A stretch of DNA of 64,000 bases, from positions 465,587,261 through 465,651,260 of the forward strand of contig NC_133620.1 in NCBI RefSeq assembly GCF_048593235.1, read 5' to 3'. The stretch's first letter is position 1. Each line of letters begins with the position of its first letter. The position numbers were made by a program, and so were the translations under genes. Origin of the DNA: Sminthopsis crassicaudata (Eukaryota). Below the pieces are notes generated by a model. The model made no database searches, had not been told where the DNA came from, and was given only the letters and a program-made list of their open reading frames with translations. Below, one piece after another: positions 1-13,143 of the stretch.

Positions 1-385
1 GAGCTCCAGGGCATTTCAAAGAGGAGCTCCTGAGTGGCTGGGATAGAGGCTCGATGACACCATAGAGGGTTAGCATCGTAGCCCCAAAGTCGGACTGTGG
101 CCTTTCTGGCTCTTCCCAGTATCCACAAGATGGGAGCCTCCACCCAGGCCTCAAGGAAAGGGGAATGAATAGCTGGCAACCAAATGTTTTTAGCTGCAGA
201 CTTTTTGAATCCTGGACCCATGATGGAAGCTTTGAGGCTTGAGTTTTCTAAGCCATCTCCTACAACATCAAAGCATCTTAGCAGAAAATCTTCCCCAGTG
301 AAGTCTTCTTCTTCCCACCTCCCACCTCCCACCTCTTCCTCCTGGTGACTCCACAGGCTGCTAGTTCCTTCCTCAATCCACTTAC

Positions 386-466
386 CAAGAAGACCAGGCA
401 ATGCAGGAACAGTGTATAGAAAAAGCCAATGGTTCGGGCCATTTTGTTGGAGAGAATCAGTCGCCC
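386..466 (-). CDS. CUX1: CASP-specific exon 7 (exon 21): Golgi transmembrane anchor
   Basis: 81 nt, ccccag|GGG ... TTG|gtaagt. GRLILSNKMARTIGFFYTLFLHCLVFL retains the Tyr and His conserved in the CASP transmembrane segment. The remaining two CASP exons were not found in 1-385, so they lie outside the window. Confidence 0.97.
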
Positions 467-674
467 CTGGGGAAGACAAAAGAATAAGAAGATGGGGAGA
501 CCAATATTCCCAATGTTGGTCAACATCATCGCAATAATAATAATGATAACAACAAACAACAACAACAATAACTTGAAGGGACGCAGCATCCTACAGTAGA
601 AAGACTCTTGGCTCTGGAAAAAGAACTTCTGGTTAGAATTTTGCCTCTGATAATTATTTTTGGACATATCAATG

Positions 675-990
675 TAATTTCCATGGCCTCAGTTTCCTTA
701 TCTGTAATATTAAAAGGTGAGGCCAGAAATAACTCTTGAGTCCCTTCTAGCTCTGGATCTTTGGTCATATCAACAACTGATATTGTTTGAAGATTTGCAA
801 TATATGATATCTTTGATCCTATCAACAACCAAACAGATGCTATTATAATATGATAATACATTAAACAAAAGAGGAAGCTAAAGAAGAAAGGTTAACTTAT
901 TTGTCCAGGGTCACATAGCAATCAAATGTGAGGGGTGAGATTTAAATCCAGGCCTTGCTGATTCTGAGCCTGGCATTCTCTTCACCAAGT
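675..990. mobile_element. Representative MIR/CORE-SINE fragments; many more MIR fragments and L2 tails occur through 0-42 kb and 53.5-64 kb and are not listed individually
   Basis: Recurrent CORE motif cctcagtttcctcatctgtaaaatg / gaggaaactgagg and L2 tail gtgcttaataaatg. Confidence 0.7.
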
Positions 991-991
991 T

Positions 992-1019
992 ACACACACA
1001 CACACACACACACACACAC
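992..1019. repeat. (AC)14 microsatellite; other dinucleotide runs: (GT)n 4458-4503, (CT)n 32172-32239 and 33358-33440, (CA)n 44830-44893, (GT)n 55621-55668
   Basis: Read directly from the sequence. Confidence 0.95.
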
Positions 1020-3540
1020 CCCAAGAGCAAAAGTCCAGGGACTTTAAAAGACTGCTTGTTCACTGGTGACCAACAGGGATCAAAACACGGGCATGGGGGA
1101 CAGGGAGTGCCCAACTCATTCAGAACCATGGACAGCAGCCGGTCTCATTTGAGGAAATGCCATTTTACCTGCGCTTGCTTCTGACCAAATGTTAACAGTT
1201 AATATTCCCACAACTGTGGAGTTTTTCCTTCACAGGAACACAGGACCATAGCTTTGGAACTGATCTCAGAGATCGACTAGTTCACCTTTCTCATTTTACA
1301 ACTGAGGAACTGAGGTCCAGTTACACAAGTAATTAAGTAGCAAAGCTGGAGACCCAAGTGGGTTCCTCCAATTCCAAATTTAAAAAACAACAAAAGAACC
1401 TCATTGACAGTACTCAAGGTGCTTCCTCTTGACTATCCTACAAAGGCAGGTGAGATTTTAGAACATAGGATCCAATGGATGCGTTAAGAACATTTAGAAG
1501 GGGAAGTGGAATGAGTGACCTCATTGGAAAGGGATTGACCTTTTTATAAAAGAGTTATTACTTTAATAGATCATAGGAATGCCATCAACACCATCGATTA
1601 GATTTAGCCAAAGCACTCAGAAAACTCTCAGTGCCATCCTTGTGAACAAGCTGAAGAGGTATGGGCTAGACAGACAATAATACAGTGGATAGAGAACAAA
1701 CGAGCTCAAAAAATCCATTTCACCAATATAGGTTAGGGGAAGCATGGAGGGAGAGTTTTGAGAGTTATAATGGACTAGAAGTTAAAAATGAATAAAAAAG
1801 CCACATGATCATGGGTGGCATTAAGAAAGGCCCTGTATCTGGGGCAGAGTAGAATCAAATCTTTCCAAATTTTGCTCTGGTCAAGTCACACGTGGAGTAC
1901 TGAGTCCAATCCCATTTCCCATCTCTGTGCCTTTGCTTAGGCTGGTGCTCATGCCTTTGTATCTTCAGTACTTTGCACATGTATGAATTTAATAAACATA
2001 TATTAAGCTGAATACTGTATTTCATATTTTAGGAAAGACACTGACAAAATGAAGAGAATCCAGAAGAGGCTGACCCATGTGGTAAAGACCCTTCTGAGGA
2101 ATGGCCGACATCACTGGAGAGAGTCCTACGTAGGACCAAATATCTTTAAAACTCAGCTAAGGGAGCAGGGAAGAGATAAACTCAGGGGAAGACAGCCTCT
2201 GCTCCTGCTTTAGGGACCCTCTATTTACCATCTCTCTTCATGATCGAGCCATAGAACAAAGGAATAATCTGAATTTAATTTCAAAAGAGAAATTCACTCT
2301 GAGTCTGGCTGAAGTTAATGTCTGATTCTGCCTGAAGGATGACCCAGTGCAGAATATTAAAGTGACATCTATTATTTCAGTTGATCAGAACAATAATAAT
2401 AACTTGTATTTATATGGTGTTCTACAGGGTGGAAAGGGCTATATATACATCATCTTATTGGATTCTCACGGGACCTGGAAGGCTGGCACTATTATTAGTC
2501 TCTCCATTTTATATATGAGGAAATTTGAACCTTAGGCTTTTCAGTCATAGTTCAATGCTCTAACTACTGCCCTCTCTCACAGAACCAGGGCTGTAGAATG
2601 GAAAAGGATATTAGAAGCCATGTCATCCAGAGATCCTTGACTTTTTTGTTGTTGTTGTTTTTTGTTTGTTTGTTTGTTTGTTTTTTTGTGTCATAGCACC
2701 CTTTGGGGGAATAATAAAGTCTACAAGCTCTTTTCAGAATCATGTTTTGAGATAAAATAAAATACATGGGATTACAAAAGAAAGCAATTATAATGAGTTC
2801 TAATTATCAACAAATCTTAAAAAAAAACTTCACACTTCACAGATTGTAGGTTAAGAATCCTAGTTCTAGTCTAACCCTTCCATTTTACAGATGAGAAAAC
2901 TTTGGTCCATAGATATTAAGTGACTTGCTCAAGTTCACAAAGCCAGTGACAGAGGAAGGAATCCAAATCTAGAACTCGTGCCCATTATTCATCCCCTGGT
3001 CCAGTGATTTTCATTTTCATGGATAGAAATCAGATTCAGGTTCTTTGTCCAGACCTCTGTTCTATTCAGGGGTGGGAATCTGGCTTTGGGCCTCCAAGGA
3101 TTTTATTTTCCAGCATAGGGTATATATCTGGAAGTGCTGATCCCTGCAAGAACTTTTGTCAGGAACTGTGGGGTGGGTGGATTTTATTGCAGTCCCAAGT
3201 GTCTGCTTGCTTCATGACCCCAAGTGAGACAAATAAATCTCTGGGAACAAGGATGAAGGATGGAGAAGGATGGAGTTCTAGGAGGAAATCCTCAGAAGCC
3301 TTTACCTGGAACTCTCCACAGCCAGAAAAAAGCAGTGATGTAGAGTGGTAGTAAGGGTTAGTGAGGATAGGCCTGGCCATCAAGCCTTCACCACATGAAA
3401 TAAGCTTTTGGTATCACCTACAGTTTATCATGGCCGTTGGGTACAGGGATACAGGACTGACAATGCCTCTTTAGCCCTGAACTCAGCAGAGAAGACCTGG
3501 CTGGGAGCACTGGAAAGGGAAAAATGGACTAGGCCCTAGT

Positions 3541-3591
3541 TCCCCTCCAAGTCCTCCCCTTCAAGTCCTCCCCTTCAAGTCCTCCCCTTCC
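3541..3591. repeat. 14-bp tandem repeat (caagtcctcccctt) x3 plus a partial unit
   Basis: Read directly from the sequence. Confidence 0.85.
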
Positions 3592-4454
3592 TGAGAGAGG
3601 GAAGGAAGATCTAGGAGTGACCTAGGAGCATCTTTTTCCCTCCCATAGAGAAACAGGGGCTGTAGAAAAGACGGGAAACTCATCCCTTCCAACCCTAAAA
3701 GGCAGCAAACCTGAAACTGCTTCAGCCTGGCGAGGGAAGGAGAGAGAGTTCTTTAATGAGGAGCCCCAGGGCCCAATAGAAATCAGAGCCAGACTCATTA
3801 TTGGCCCTCCAACCCCCCTCCTCAAGCTGCCTACTGCATTCAGCTACCCAGGAACAGATGTTCTGCTCCAACCACAGCTCTGCTCCCCGATCCCTCGTTT
3901 GTGAGCTTATTAGCTTCCCAGCTTGGAGGTCTCCAGCTAAGAGAAGAACAGGGAAGGGGGAAAAAGAAGAGGAAGGGGAAAGCAAAGGATGAAGGCTGCA
4001 CCATGGAGGAAACATGTCGGCTTCCAGTTGTGGCCCGAATCTATCTACCAGCCAGACCTGGGCCCAGTTAACTCCAGTGCTGAAGAGAAGGAGGAAACCC
4101 AGAGAAAACGAGGAGGGGGATGTTTGCTAATAATGGAGACAAGGGAAAAAAGATATGAGGGACCCAGATGTAGCCAATGAGATGTTGCCCTTCAACTAGC
4201 CCACATTCTAATCTCTCCTTTAGCAGAAGGCCTATTATTAACTGTATTGAACAGATCTGAGTAACTGGAAGGGGGAGAGGGGTGGAGATTGGGGAAGAAT
4301 GGGGAGGAGGGGGAGGATAAATGGGAGAGGAAAAGGGAGGAAGAAAGGAGTGGGAGAGGTGAAGGCAGAGGAGAGACACATAGTGGCACATTTGCCTTCA
4401 CTATTTCAAATTTGTTAACTGAGAGATATTGCACGAAAATATTCTGAGATAGAG

Positions 4455-4505
<51 letters not shown>

Positions 4506-4562
4506 TTAGTGGTTTTCTCTGGGTTCTTATAATGTCATGAGCTACATTGCAATGGTTTAAAC

Positions 4563-4743
4563 CAGTGGTCCTCAAACTTTTTAAATAGAGGCCAGTTCCC
4601 TGTCCCTCAGACTGTGGGAGGGTCGGACTATAGTAAAAACAAAAGCTCACACTCTGTCTCCGCCCCTCAGCCCACTTGCCATAACCTGGCGGGAGCATAA
4701 ATGTCCTCAGTGGGCCGCATCTGGCCTAGTTTGAGAACCCCTG
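4563..4743 (+). mobile_element. hAT/Charlie-type MITE (OC1-like), copy 1
   Basis: 16-bp TIRs cagtggtcctcaaact / agtttgagaacccctg (14/16 complementary). 8-bp TSD gtttaaac / gtttaaag. Confidence 0.85.
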
Positions 4744-5929
4744 GTTTAAAGGAATACCTTTTATATGGGAGATGGCACAGCATTAAGGATCCGCAAGCAT
4801 TTATTAATCACCTAATGTGTACCAAGCAATGGAGATAGAGAGGCAAAATCTTTGCTTTCCAGGAGTCCTCAAGGAGAAGACTGAGAAGGCCTTGGAAGTT
4901 ATTTAGGAAACTCCCATCCTACAAAGGAAGAGAATGGGGTCCCAAGAGAGGAAGGAGAATCAGAGACCTGGTTTTAAATCTTGCCTCTGACATTCACTAC
5001 TTGAGTGATCTTGGACGAGTCACCTTTCTGGGCCAGTCTCTTCATCTATAAAATGACGGGGTTGGCTTCGATGGCCCCTGTTGTCATCTTTCAGCTGTTA
5101 GGTCTAGGAACTCTAGACCACTCTATCAGCCCAGGTTAAGTGATCCTGTAGGTAAAAGCTTCCTCCTGGCTGGCTCAGGGGATGGGCATTTGATGTTGTT
5201 TACCACAGTGTCACAGGCCCGGGGTTGTTACATTAATGCTGGCTGTGACCTTGGGAGAGAAAAGGAAAACTCTCCGCCTGTTGTTTCCTGGCAGCATCCC
5301 TGGAACGCTACTCTTGGCAGGCGCCATGTCATCCAGCTAGAAGAAGGCCGAGCCCCCTTCAGCTGATGCTCTGAATCTTGGCAATGGTCTGCTTTTGGGG
5401 CCAACATTCGTGGGCAGGTGGGGGGAGCATCACAAAGGAGAAAGAATATTAATCACTAATATTTATACCGGCTGATAAAGTGTCAGTCTCCAGATCTCAC
5501 TGGAACCTTCCAACTATCCCACAAAGGAGCCATCATTACCATCCCCAAGTGACCGGCGAGGAGACCTCGCTTGGGAATGTTAGCAGTGGGATTTGACTCT
5601 CCAAGACTCAGGCTCAATCTGAAGCCCCGGTGGGGGGTGAGCACCAAGAAGTGGAGCCCACATGGCTCCCCATTAGCTTCTGATCGATCGGGGGTCCCCA
5701 CCAGCTTCTTCCTCAGCTCAGTGCCCTAATCCAGGAACTCCGCTGCCCTGACATCACTGGCGATTCTGGCAGGAGCCAGGCAAATATGAAGCCTTCCCCC
5801 TCCTCTCTGGATAGTCTGTGATATCCCCTCACTTTTTTTTCTGAGACTGGAAGTTTGGATTTGGATTGAAACTGGGTTTAAACTCTGCCTCTGACCCTGA
5901 GTACTGAAACAGCTTCCCCAGCCCTGACC

Positions 5930-6517
5930 CTTAGGATATCAGCGTGTATAAAATGCACAGGTCACACTGATGCAGAGTGAAGTGAGCACACCTGAGAGGA
6001 CAATCGATACAACGACAACGATAGCGTTATAAAAAGAGACAAACTCGAAAGACTTTGGAACTCTGGTCTATCGACAAACCATAATTCCAAAGGACCAGTG
6101 ATGAAGCAGGGAGCTCACGTCTTCCACACAGCTGATGAACTAAGAATGAGACGGGCGGTCCTGAACGCAACCCGCTTGGGAACTGNNNNNNNNNNNNNNN
6201 NNNNNNNNNNNNNNNNNNNNNNNNNNNNNNNNNNNNNNNNNNNNNNNNNNNNNNNNNNNNNNNNNNNNNNNNNNNNNNNNNNNNNNNNNNNNNNNNNNNN
6301 NNNNNNNNNNNNNNAATTAGAGACATACAACATATTACATACACACATAATATATGTATATTATATATAAATACATAATACATACAATACAACTATATAA
6401 TATATTATATAAGACATATGTGTTGTATTTTCTCTTTAAAAATTTTTTTCTTTGGTGGAATTTGGAGGGAAAAGAATAAATGCTTGTAAAAAAAAGTTTA
6501 AAAATTAAATAAAAAAG
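5930..6517 (+). mobile_element. Old LINE-1 ORF2 end and 3' UTR (spans N gap)
   Basis: tgatgcagagtgaagtgagc matches the ORF2 end motif (compare 21962 ctgatgctgagtgaaatgagc). A-rich tail with aataaa near 6475-6517. Boundaries approximate. Confidence 0.6.
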
Positions 6518-6847
6518 AATGGGCTTAGACTATAAAGTTCCTTCCAGCTCAGCCTTTCTGCTATCAAGGGCAGACACAGTACTAGGCACTTATGATGGGA
6601 GGGGTGATTGTGGATCTAGACATCATTGGAAACTCCTTTCTCAGGTGGAGGCCAGTCCCAGCCAACCTGAGGCCAATATGGCTCCAATCGAGAGGCGGTC
6701 TTTCTTGATCAGGCCCTGAGTCTGGAGGCAGAGAAGAGGAAGGTAATGATTGTTCTTTTTTCTGCCATGGGCTAATTTGGATGGCTAATTATCACAAATT
6801 AATCTCGGGGAGATAGACCCCCACCCTGAGGCAAATAGGCCCTAGGC

Positions 6848-7036
6848 CAGTGGTCCTCAGACTTTTAAAATAGGGGCCCAGTTCACTGTCCCTCAGACTG
6901 TTGGAGGCCAGACTATAGTAAAAACAAAAGCTCCCACTCTGTCTCCGCCCCTCAGCCCATTTGCCATAACCTGGCAGGGGCATAAACGTCCTCAGTGGCC
7001 GCATCTGGCCCCCGGGCCGTAGTTTGAGAACCCCTG
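6848..7036 (+). mobile_element. hAT/Charlie-type MITE (OC1-like), copy 2
   Basis: Same family as 4563-4743 (about 90% identical by eye), same TIRs. Degenerate 8-bp flanks ccctaggc / gactagag share the CTAG core. Confidence 0.85.
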
Positions 7037-10000
7037 GACTAGAGTCTGACTTTTTATAAACTTGGTTAATCACAATCTCTCAATGCTACAAAACCAAACT
7101 ATCTCTACTGGCTGAATTTGGCATGTATTAATTTAGACCTTAAGGAGAGTTTAAATAAACCATCCAACAAATACTGTTTAGACAGTTGAGTTGACATTTG
7201 GGAAGTTCTTGGAGACTCTCTGGGTGTCCTGTAAATCTAATGCCCATCACTTCCTGGCAATAGAGGGCACGACCCTTCTGCCAGCCAGAGGATCGCTGAG
7301 TGTTAGAACAAGAAGGCACCAGAGAGGTGAACTCTTCTTTACAGATAAGGATAATAAGGCCCAGAGAGCTTAAGCCATGTGCCTAAGATCATACAGCCAG
7401 ATTTGGACCCAGGGCTTCTGTCCTCCATACTAGAGGGATGGGACAATGTTGGCTGCAGCGAGGACACCAGGGCTTTGCTTAAGATAACACAGTAAGGAGA
7501 GTGTGTTGGGGGGTAAAGGCATCTCAGTTTACTTAGCCATGCTCTTCATTTTGTGTTTGCCCAACTTTCTTAACAGCTCCTCCCCTCAACCTTTCCCTTT
7601 CCAATTTCCATTAGTTCTTTCTTTGAGCTCTTGTCCACAGACCTGCTGGAAGAGTCTGCCTCAGTTTATCCCACCTGTCTCTGCCATAAAATATGAACTC
7701 TCCAGCCTGCTTTTAAAGTCTCTCACAAGTTGGCTCTTAACCAGACTCAGGCCATGTGACTTCCCCTCTTTGAACTTTCTGTTCCAGTCCAGTTGGGTTG
7801 CTGCTATCTGCCAGCCTTAGAGTGCCCTTCCTCCTCCCTGTAACTGCTTCAGCTCCCAAGCAGCCTTCAAGGTTCTTCTCAGGGTCCTCTCCCTAAGGAG
7901 GCCTTTCCTGGTTTACCGAGCTCTTACAATTCTCCCTCTTCTCAAACAGTTTACATTTATTTACCTGAGTAATCTAAAAAAAAAGAATGGAAACTCTTAG
8001 GGACTTTTTTGAGGTAGGGGGAGTTGTCTTTGCACCCCTAATGACTAGCACGTAGTAGGCATTTAATAAGGGTTGAAGTGAATGGAGTTTGCCCAGGTCC
8101 TGTGCTATCTCACCCCATCACAATCCTTTTTCTAGGTCCAGAAATGGCCGAGTTGGGCGTTCATGATGGCAGCAGGTTAGGGTGCTGGACTGGGCATCAG
8201 GTCTGGGTTCTAGTCCTGCCTCTGACATTTACTGTGTAACACCGGAGGAATCACTTCCCCATCTTTGTGTTACAGTTTTTACATCTTTAAAGTGAGGGGG
8301 GTTGGGACTGACGGCCTCCTAAGGTCCCTTCTAGCTCTATATCTATGGGCCTATGGCTTCTCCAGGCCTTGGTTTCCCTACCGGCAAAATGAGTCCATGG
8401 CCTCTGAGGTCCCTTCCTTGTAGGCCCATGATTCTCTGATCCTGTGAACTCCCCTAAGCTGGGGTTTTGTGTACAAGGAAGTCCCCTCAGGGCCAGGATG
8501 TTTGCACTCAGTTCTGAAAAGGGCAGAATCTTATCTGGGAGGGAGGCACAGGCTGTGGACACACTCAGGATCAGCAGGAAACCCCGGTGAGCCACAGGGG
8601 GACGGGAATAGGAAAGCCCTACCTCCTTCTGGGAAGCCTGAACTACCCTGAAGGGGGGTCCTGGGCCCACTGTATCGGGAACTGGGGCTGGACTATTCAT
8701 CTGGGTGTTGGATGCCCATACTCCTGGCTCACCTCCCTCGGCCCTGTCATCAGGGACCCTTGAAAACCCAATTAAGTTTCTTCCTAATCATTTAAGCACA
8801 GGAAGCTCCCAGAAAAGAAAAAAATAACGGAGGGGGGAGTGAGAAGGAAGGAAGGCAGCTGGTCCTGCTGGCCCTCTGGGGAGACAAATGAAATCACTGA
8901 ACTTTAGGGTGTGTCTTCTTTCATCTGCCCTGGGGGCTGAGGGGTCACAGACAATGGCCCCAAAGCAATAGAAAACAGGGTGGAAAACCTCAGCCTTCAA
9001 GGAAAGGGCTCTTCTCTGCCCCCCAGGGCAACTGGAGGAAACTCTACAAGGGAAGGAAACCTCCTTGGCCAGAGCTGGGCTCCTGCCCTCTTGGAAAGTG
9101 GCAAAGTCTGAAGCAGCCCCTTCCCCATTTTGGGCAGGACAGGGAGCTCATGGCCTAGGGAATGGTACGCTCACTTAGTCTATCAGTCTGCTTTGACTAA
9201 ATGCCTACTATGTTTCAGAACTGAGATGCAAAAAGAAGCAAAAGGCAGCTCACACCATGGAGCAGGGTTGAGAGAAGGATTCTGGGATGTNNNNNNNNNN
9301 NNNNNNNNNNNNNNNNNNNNNNNNNNNNNNNNNNNNNNNNNNNNNNNNNNNNNNNNNNNNNNNNNNNNNNNNNNNNNNNNNNNNNNNNNNNNNNNNNNNN
9401 NNNNNNNNNNNNNNNNNNNNNNNNNNNNNNNNNNNNNNNNNNNNNNNNNNNNNNNNNNNNNNNNNNNNNNNNNNNNNNNNNNNNNNNNNNNNNNNNNNNN
9501 NNNNNNNNNNNNNNNNNNNNNNNNNNNNNNNNNNNNNNNNNNNNNNNNNNNNNNNNNNNNNNNNNNNNNNNNNNNNNNATCATAGACAGAACTGGAAGAC
9601 CTTTGAATGTCATTGATTCCAGCTCCCTCTTTTCACAGATTAGGAAACTGAGGCACAGAGAGGTAAAATGAACAGTCCAAGGTCACAAGCTAGTAACTGT
9701 CAGAGGCAAGATCTGAACCTTGGTGTTCTTGATGCCAGCTTTGGTGTTCTAGCCACCACATGCCCTTCCCCTCCCACCTTCACCTCCTCTCTGAGGCCTT
9801 TGTTCTCTTCTCCTCCAAAGAAGAGATGGATTAGAACTATTTGGTTCTCAGCCTGGCATTCAAGGCTTTCCAGGATGGCCTGGCTTCTGCCCGACCGTGG
9901 AAGGGAGACAGAGCCATCCTGAGTCAATGTGTGGTTTATGGGGGGGGGCAAGTGGGGGACCTGGCCTGGACTTAGGGTCCTGCTGGAAGAGGCCGGGACT

Positions 10001-10678
10001 GGGGCAGGGAGGCAAGGGTGAGACGGGGGGGGGGGGGGGAGAGCAGACTCTTATTAGTTTAGGAAGGGAGGGGATGCTGAGACCCAGAGAGAAAAGGCTG
10101 AATAAATCTCCCCCATCCTCGAGGCCGCCAAGTACGAGGGAAGCTCTTGGATCGCGCTTTTTATCTGTTTTGCACGTCCCCCCTCCCCCAGCCTGTGTTA
10201 TGACACATTTAGGTAATAATAATAACAGCTCACATGTATACAGCCGGACATTTGTACCAAGCGCTTCATACACGTCTCCTTGGACCCTCCCATCAAAGTA
10301 CAATTCTCATTTCCGTTTTAGAGCTGAGGTTCCGAGCTTGCCTGAGATGGAGCCCGCTTGAACCCAGGCTTTCCTAACTCTGGCCCAGAGGGCTACCCAC
10401 TGCACCATCTCTGGGCTGCTTCTGGTTGCTCTTCCCAGCCTTGGTTGCCCCCTCCCTGTCTCCTTCATCCCCAGCTCTCTCCCATCCCTGCCCCAAACCC
10501 CTGCAGAGGCCCTTTTGGAAGCATGAATAAGGGGGCCCTTCTGGCTGCCTTTCTTCTCCTCCAGGTCTTCAGTGAAGGACCAGGGGCTGCTGGGGCAGAC
10601 GGACTGGGCGGGACTGTACTCAGGTGGGAGCCGGGAGCCTTCATGTGTGGCTGCTCCTGCCAGGAAGAGGGGGCTTAC

Positions 10679-10735
10679 CATGCTCAGGGTGGCCTTGTCC
10701 CAGGGGCTCAGGCTCAGGTACTTCCTCTGCCGCTC
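10679..10735 (-). CDS. CUX1: CASP-specific exon 6 (exon 20)
   Basis: 57 nt, ttcag|GAG ... ATG|gtaagc. ERQRKYLSLSPWDKATLSM, identical to the human sequence as I recall it. Not visible in the ORF track. Confidence 0.97.
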
Positions 10736-11907
10736 CTGAAAGGCGGAAACACGGGGTTAAGGGAATGCTCACTGGTCTTCCTTCCCCCACTCAAGAGTGG
10801 GCTCCAGGGGCAGAGTCTGGTCAGAGCCCTGGGGGATGGAGGCCTTCATGGGAGGGACCTCAGGGAGCACGGAATGCTCCTGGCTCATTACAGCCAGGAG
10901 GGAGGGCGACAGATCATGGCTTGGAGCCAGAAGGGACCTTGGTAGACANNNNNNNNNNNNNNNNNNNNNNNNNNNNNNNNNNNNNNNNNNNNNNNNNNNN
11001 NNNNNNNNNNNNNNNNNNNNNNNNNNNNNNNNNNNNNNNNNNNNNNNNNNNNNNNNNNNNNNNNNNNNNNNNNNNNNNNNNNNNNNNNNNNNNNNNNNNN
11101 NNNNNNNNNNNNNNNNNNNNNNNNNNNNNNNNNNNNNNNNNNNNNNNNNNNNNNNNNNNNNNNNNNNNNNNNNNNNNNNNNNNNNNNNNNNNNNNNNNNN
11201 NNNNNNNNNNNNNNNNNNNNNNNNNNNNNNNNNNNNNNNNNNNNNNNNNNNNNNNNNNNNNNNNNNNNNNNNNNNNNNNNNNNNNNNNNNNNNNNNNNNN
11301 NNNNNNNNNNNNNNNNNNNNNNNNNNNNNNNNNNNNNNNNNNNNNNNNNNNNNNNNNNNNNNNNNNNNNNNNNNNNNNNNNNNNNNNNNNNNNNNNNNNN
11401 NNNNNNNNNNNNNNNNNNNNNNNNNNNNNNNNNNNNNNNNNNNNNNNNNNNNNNNNNNNNNNNNNNNNNNNNNNTGTTTAATAAATGCTTGTTGATAGAA
11501 TGATATCATCTAGCTTCCCTGGCTTCAGGTCTCAGGTACAAGCCCACCTTTCTTGCCTCCCCCTAATTCCAGGGCCTCCCCTTATTGATTATTGCCAATT
11601 TTCCCGCAGGAATCTTGCTTGCACGCACTTGTCTTCATGTTGTCTCCCATGTGATCTCTTTGAGAGTAGGGGCATTCCCCTTTCCCTAGTGGTCAGCATA
11701 TTGCCTAGAATTCAGCAGGTGCTTAATAAATGTTCAATGATGCCCAGATGAACCTTAATAAGGTTTTAGCCTGAGACTTTATTCTCTCCCGTTCTGGCTT
11801 CTCTTCTCTTTGAGGTCCTTGCCTGAGGCAGCAGGGCACCCCCAGAAGCAGGAGATGCAAATGCCCCCCACTTCCACCCACCCGAGCAGGACAGAGGGGA
11901 GACGTAC

Positions 11908-11991
11908 CCTCTTGCTGAAGGAGGAGAACGGGTCCAGGCGCTCTTCATACTGGGACGAGTAGCGGAGTTCTGTGTCGTCGCTGCCACCGCC
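11908..11991 (-). CDS. CUX1: CASP-specific exon 5 (exon 19)
   Basis: 84 nt, tcacag|GGC ... AGG|gtacgt. GGGSDDTELRYSSQYEERLDPFSSFSKR. Confidence 0.97.
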
Positions 11992-13016
11992 CTGTGAAAC
12001 AATAAGACCGATGTCGGCTGGGAGCCCCCTGGCAGGGGCACTCTGGGCACGCCCACTGAATGCTGGGCATTCAGTAACTGAAGAGAGACGGGAGCATTTG
12101 GAGGTTGGGGGTCTGGGCTCAAATCCTACCATTGACACATGACCCGTGGGGACTTAACTTCCCCAGGCTCAGTTTCCTCATCTGTAAAATGGGGACAAGG
12201 GACTAAATGGGGCCTAGAGGTTCCTTCTAGCTTGAGATTTATGACCTCATGATCCTACCTGGGCCTAAAGACAATAAAAGCAGCAGCATTTAGATCTCCC
12301 CTGGATGTTAAAGTGCCTTATCTCCCCTCCAAGACCTGGTGAGGCAGGAGCCCTGGCTTTGAGCCTCCACTCAGGGGTCACAGATCAGGAGCTGGAAGGT
12401 CATCTAGCTCAGCACCTTGTGACACAGATGAGGAAACTGAGGCACCGGACAATCTGCCCAAATTCCAATGCTTGGGGGTCATCCCGGGGGGCCCTGCTCA
12501 GACACAGGACTAGACCCCTAAGTCACAGGGCTGCATTATTTGGGGGCAGCCTGGAGGACCCCGCTCTTTACAGGACTTGACCCCTAAGCCACTGTCCTGT
12601 TTCTGGTGGGTTGGGGCCGACATGGGATGGCAGAGGGGACTTGGACTGTCACAGTCCTGTGGTGGGAAACGGGTTGTTCAGAGACAGCCCCGCTGCTCCC
12701 CTAACCAAGTTCTGAGCTTCTTCATCTTCCCCACCCTCCTCCATCCCATCAGCATCTTCTTTAAGGATGGATGGTGCTGATGTTGGGAAGGAGGCAGCTC
12801 CCTCTGCTGGCCAGCATTAGAACTACACTGAGGCTGTTTAGTCCTGAAATGTCAAACTCACTGGCTGAATTATAATTTTATATATATATATATAAAATGC
12901 AAAATATTTAATAGAATAAATAAAACATCCCAAAGACAGTGTGAATTTGTGTTTAGAGTGTGAATACCGCTTCTGACCTAATCCAGAGTCTTCATTTTAT
13001 TTTAGTTTTAATTTTT

Positions 13017-13143
13017 GCAAGGCAATCGTGACTTGTCCAAAGTTACACAGCCAGGGAGTGTTAAGTGCCTGAGACCAGATTTGAACTCGGGTCCTCCTGA
13101 ATTCAAGGCTGGTGCTCTATCCACTGCGCCATCTAATTGCCCC
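13017..13143 (-). mobile_element. WSINE1-type short CORE-SINE
   Basis: Reverse complement of ggggcagctaggtggcgcagtggatagagcaccagcc...gagttcaaat...gtcacttaacccc; tRNA-derived A/B-box head. Confidence 0.85.

Noticed and set aside
278-667. 129-aa hydrophobic ORF as a stand-alone membrane protein (also 11766-12138)
   Set aside because: Only the splice-bounded cores (386-466, 11908-11991) match CASP; the flanks are intronic read-through.
1590-6010. ATCGAT/ATCAAT CUX1-binding-like sites suggesting autoregulation
   Set aside because: Six-mers at a frequency compatible with chance, some inside repeats.
9130-11509. ORFs of 100-285 aa spanning N runs (also near 6.0-6.4, 37.2-37.8 and 50.4-51.6 kb)
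   Set aside because: Artefacts of translating gaps as X.
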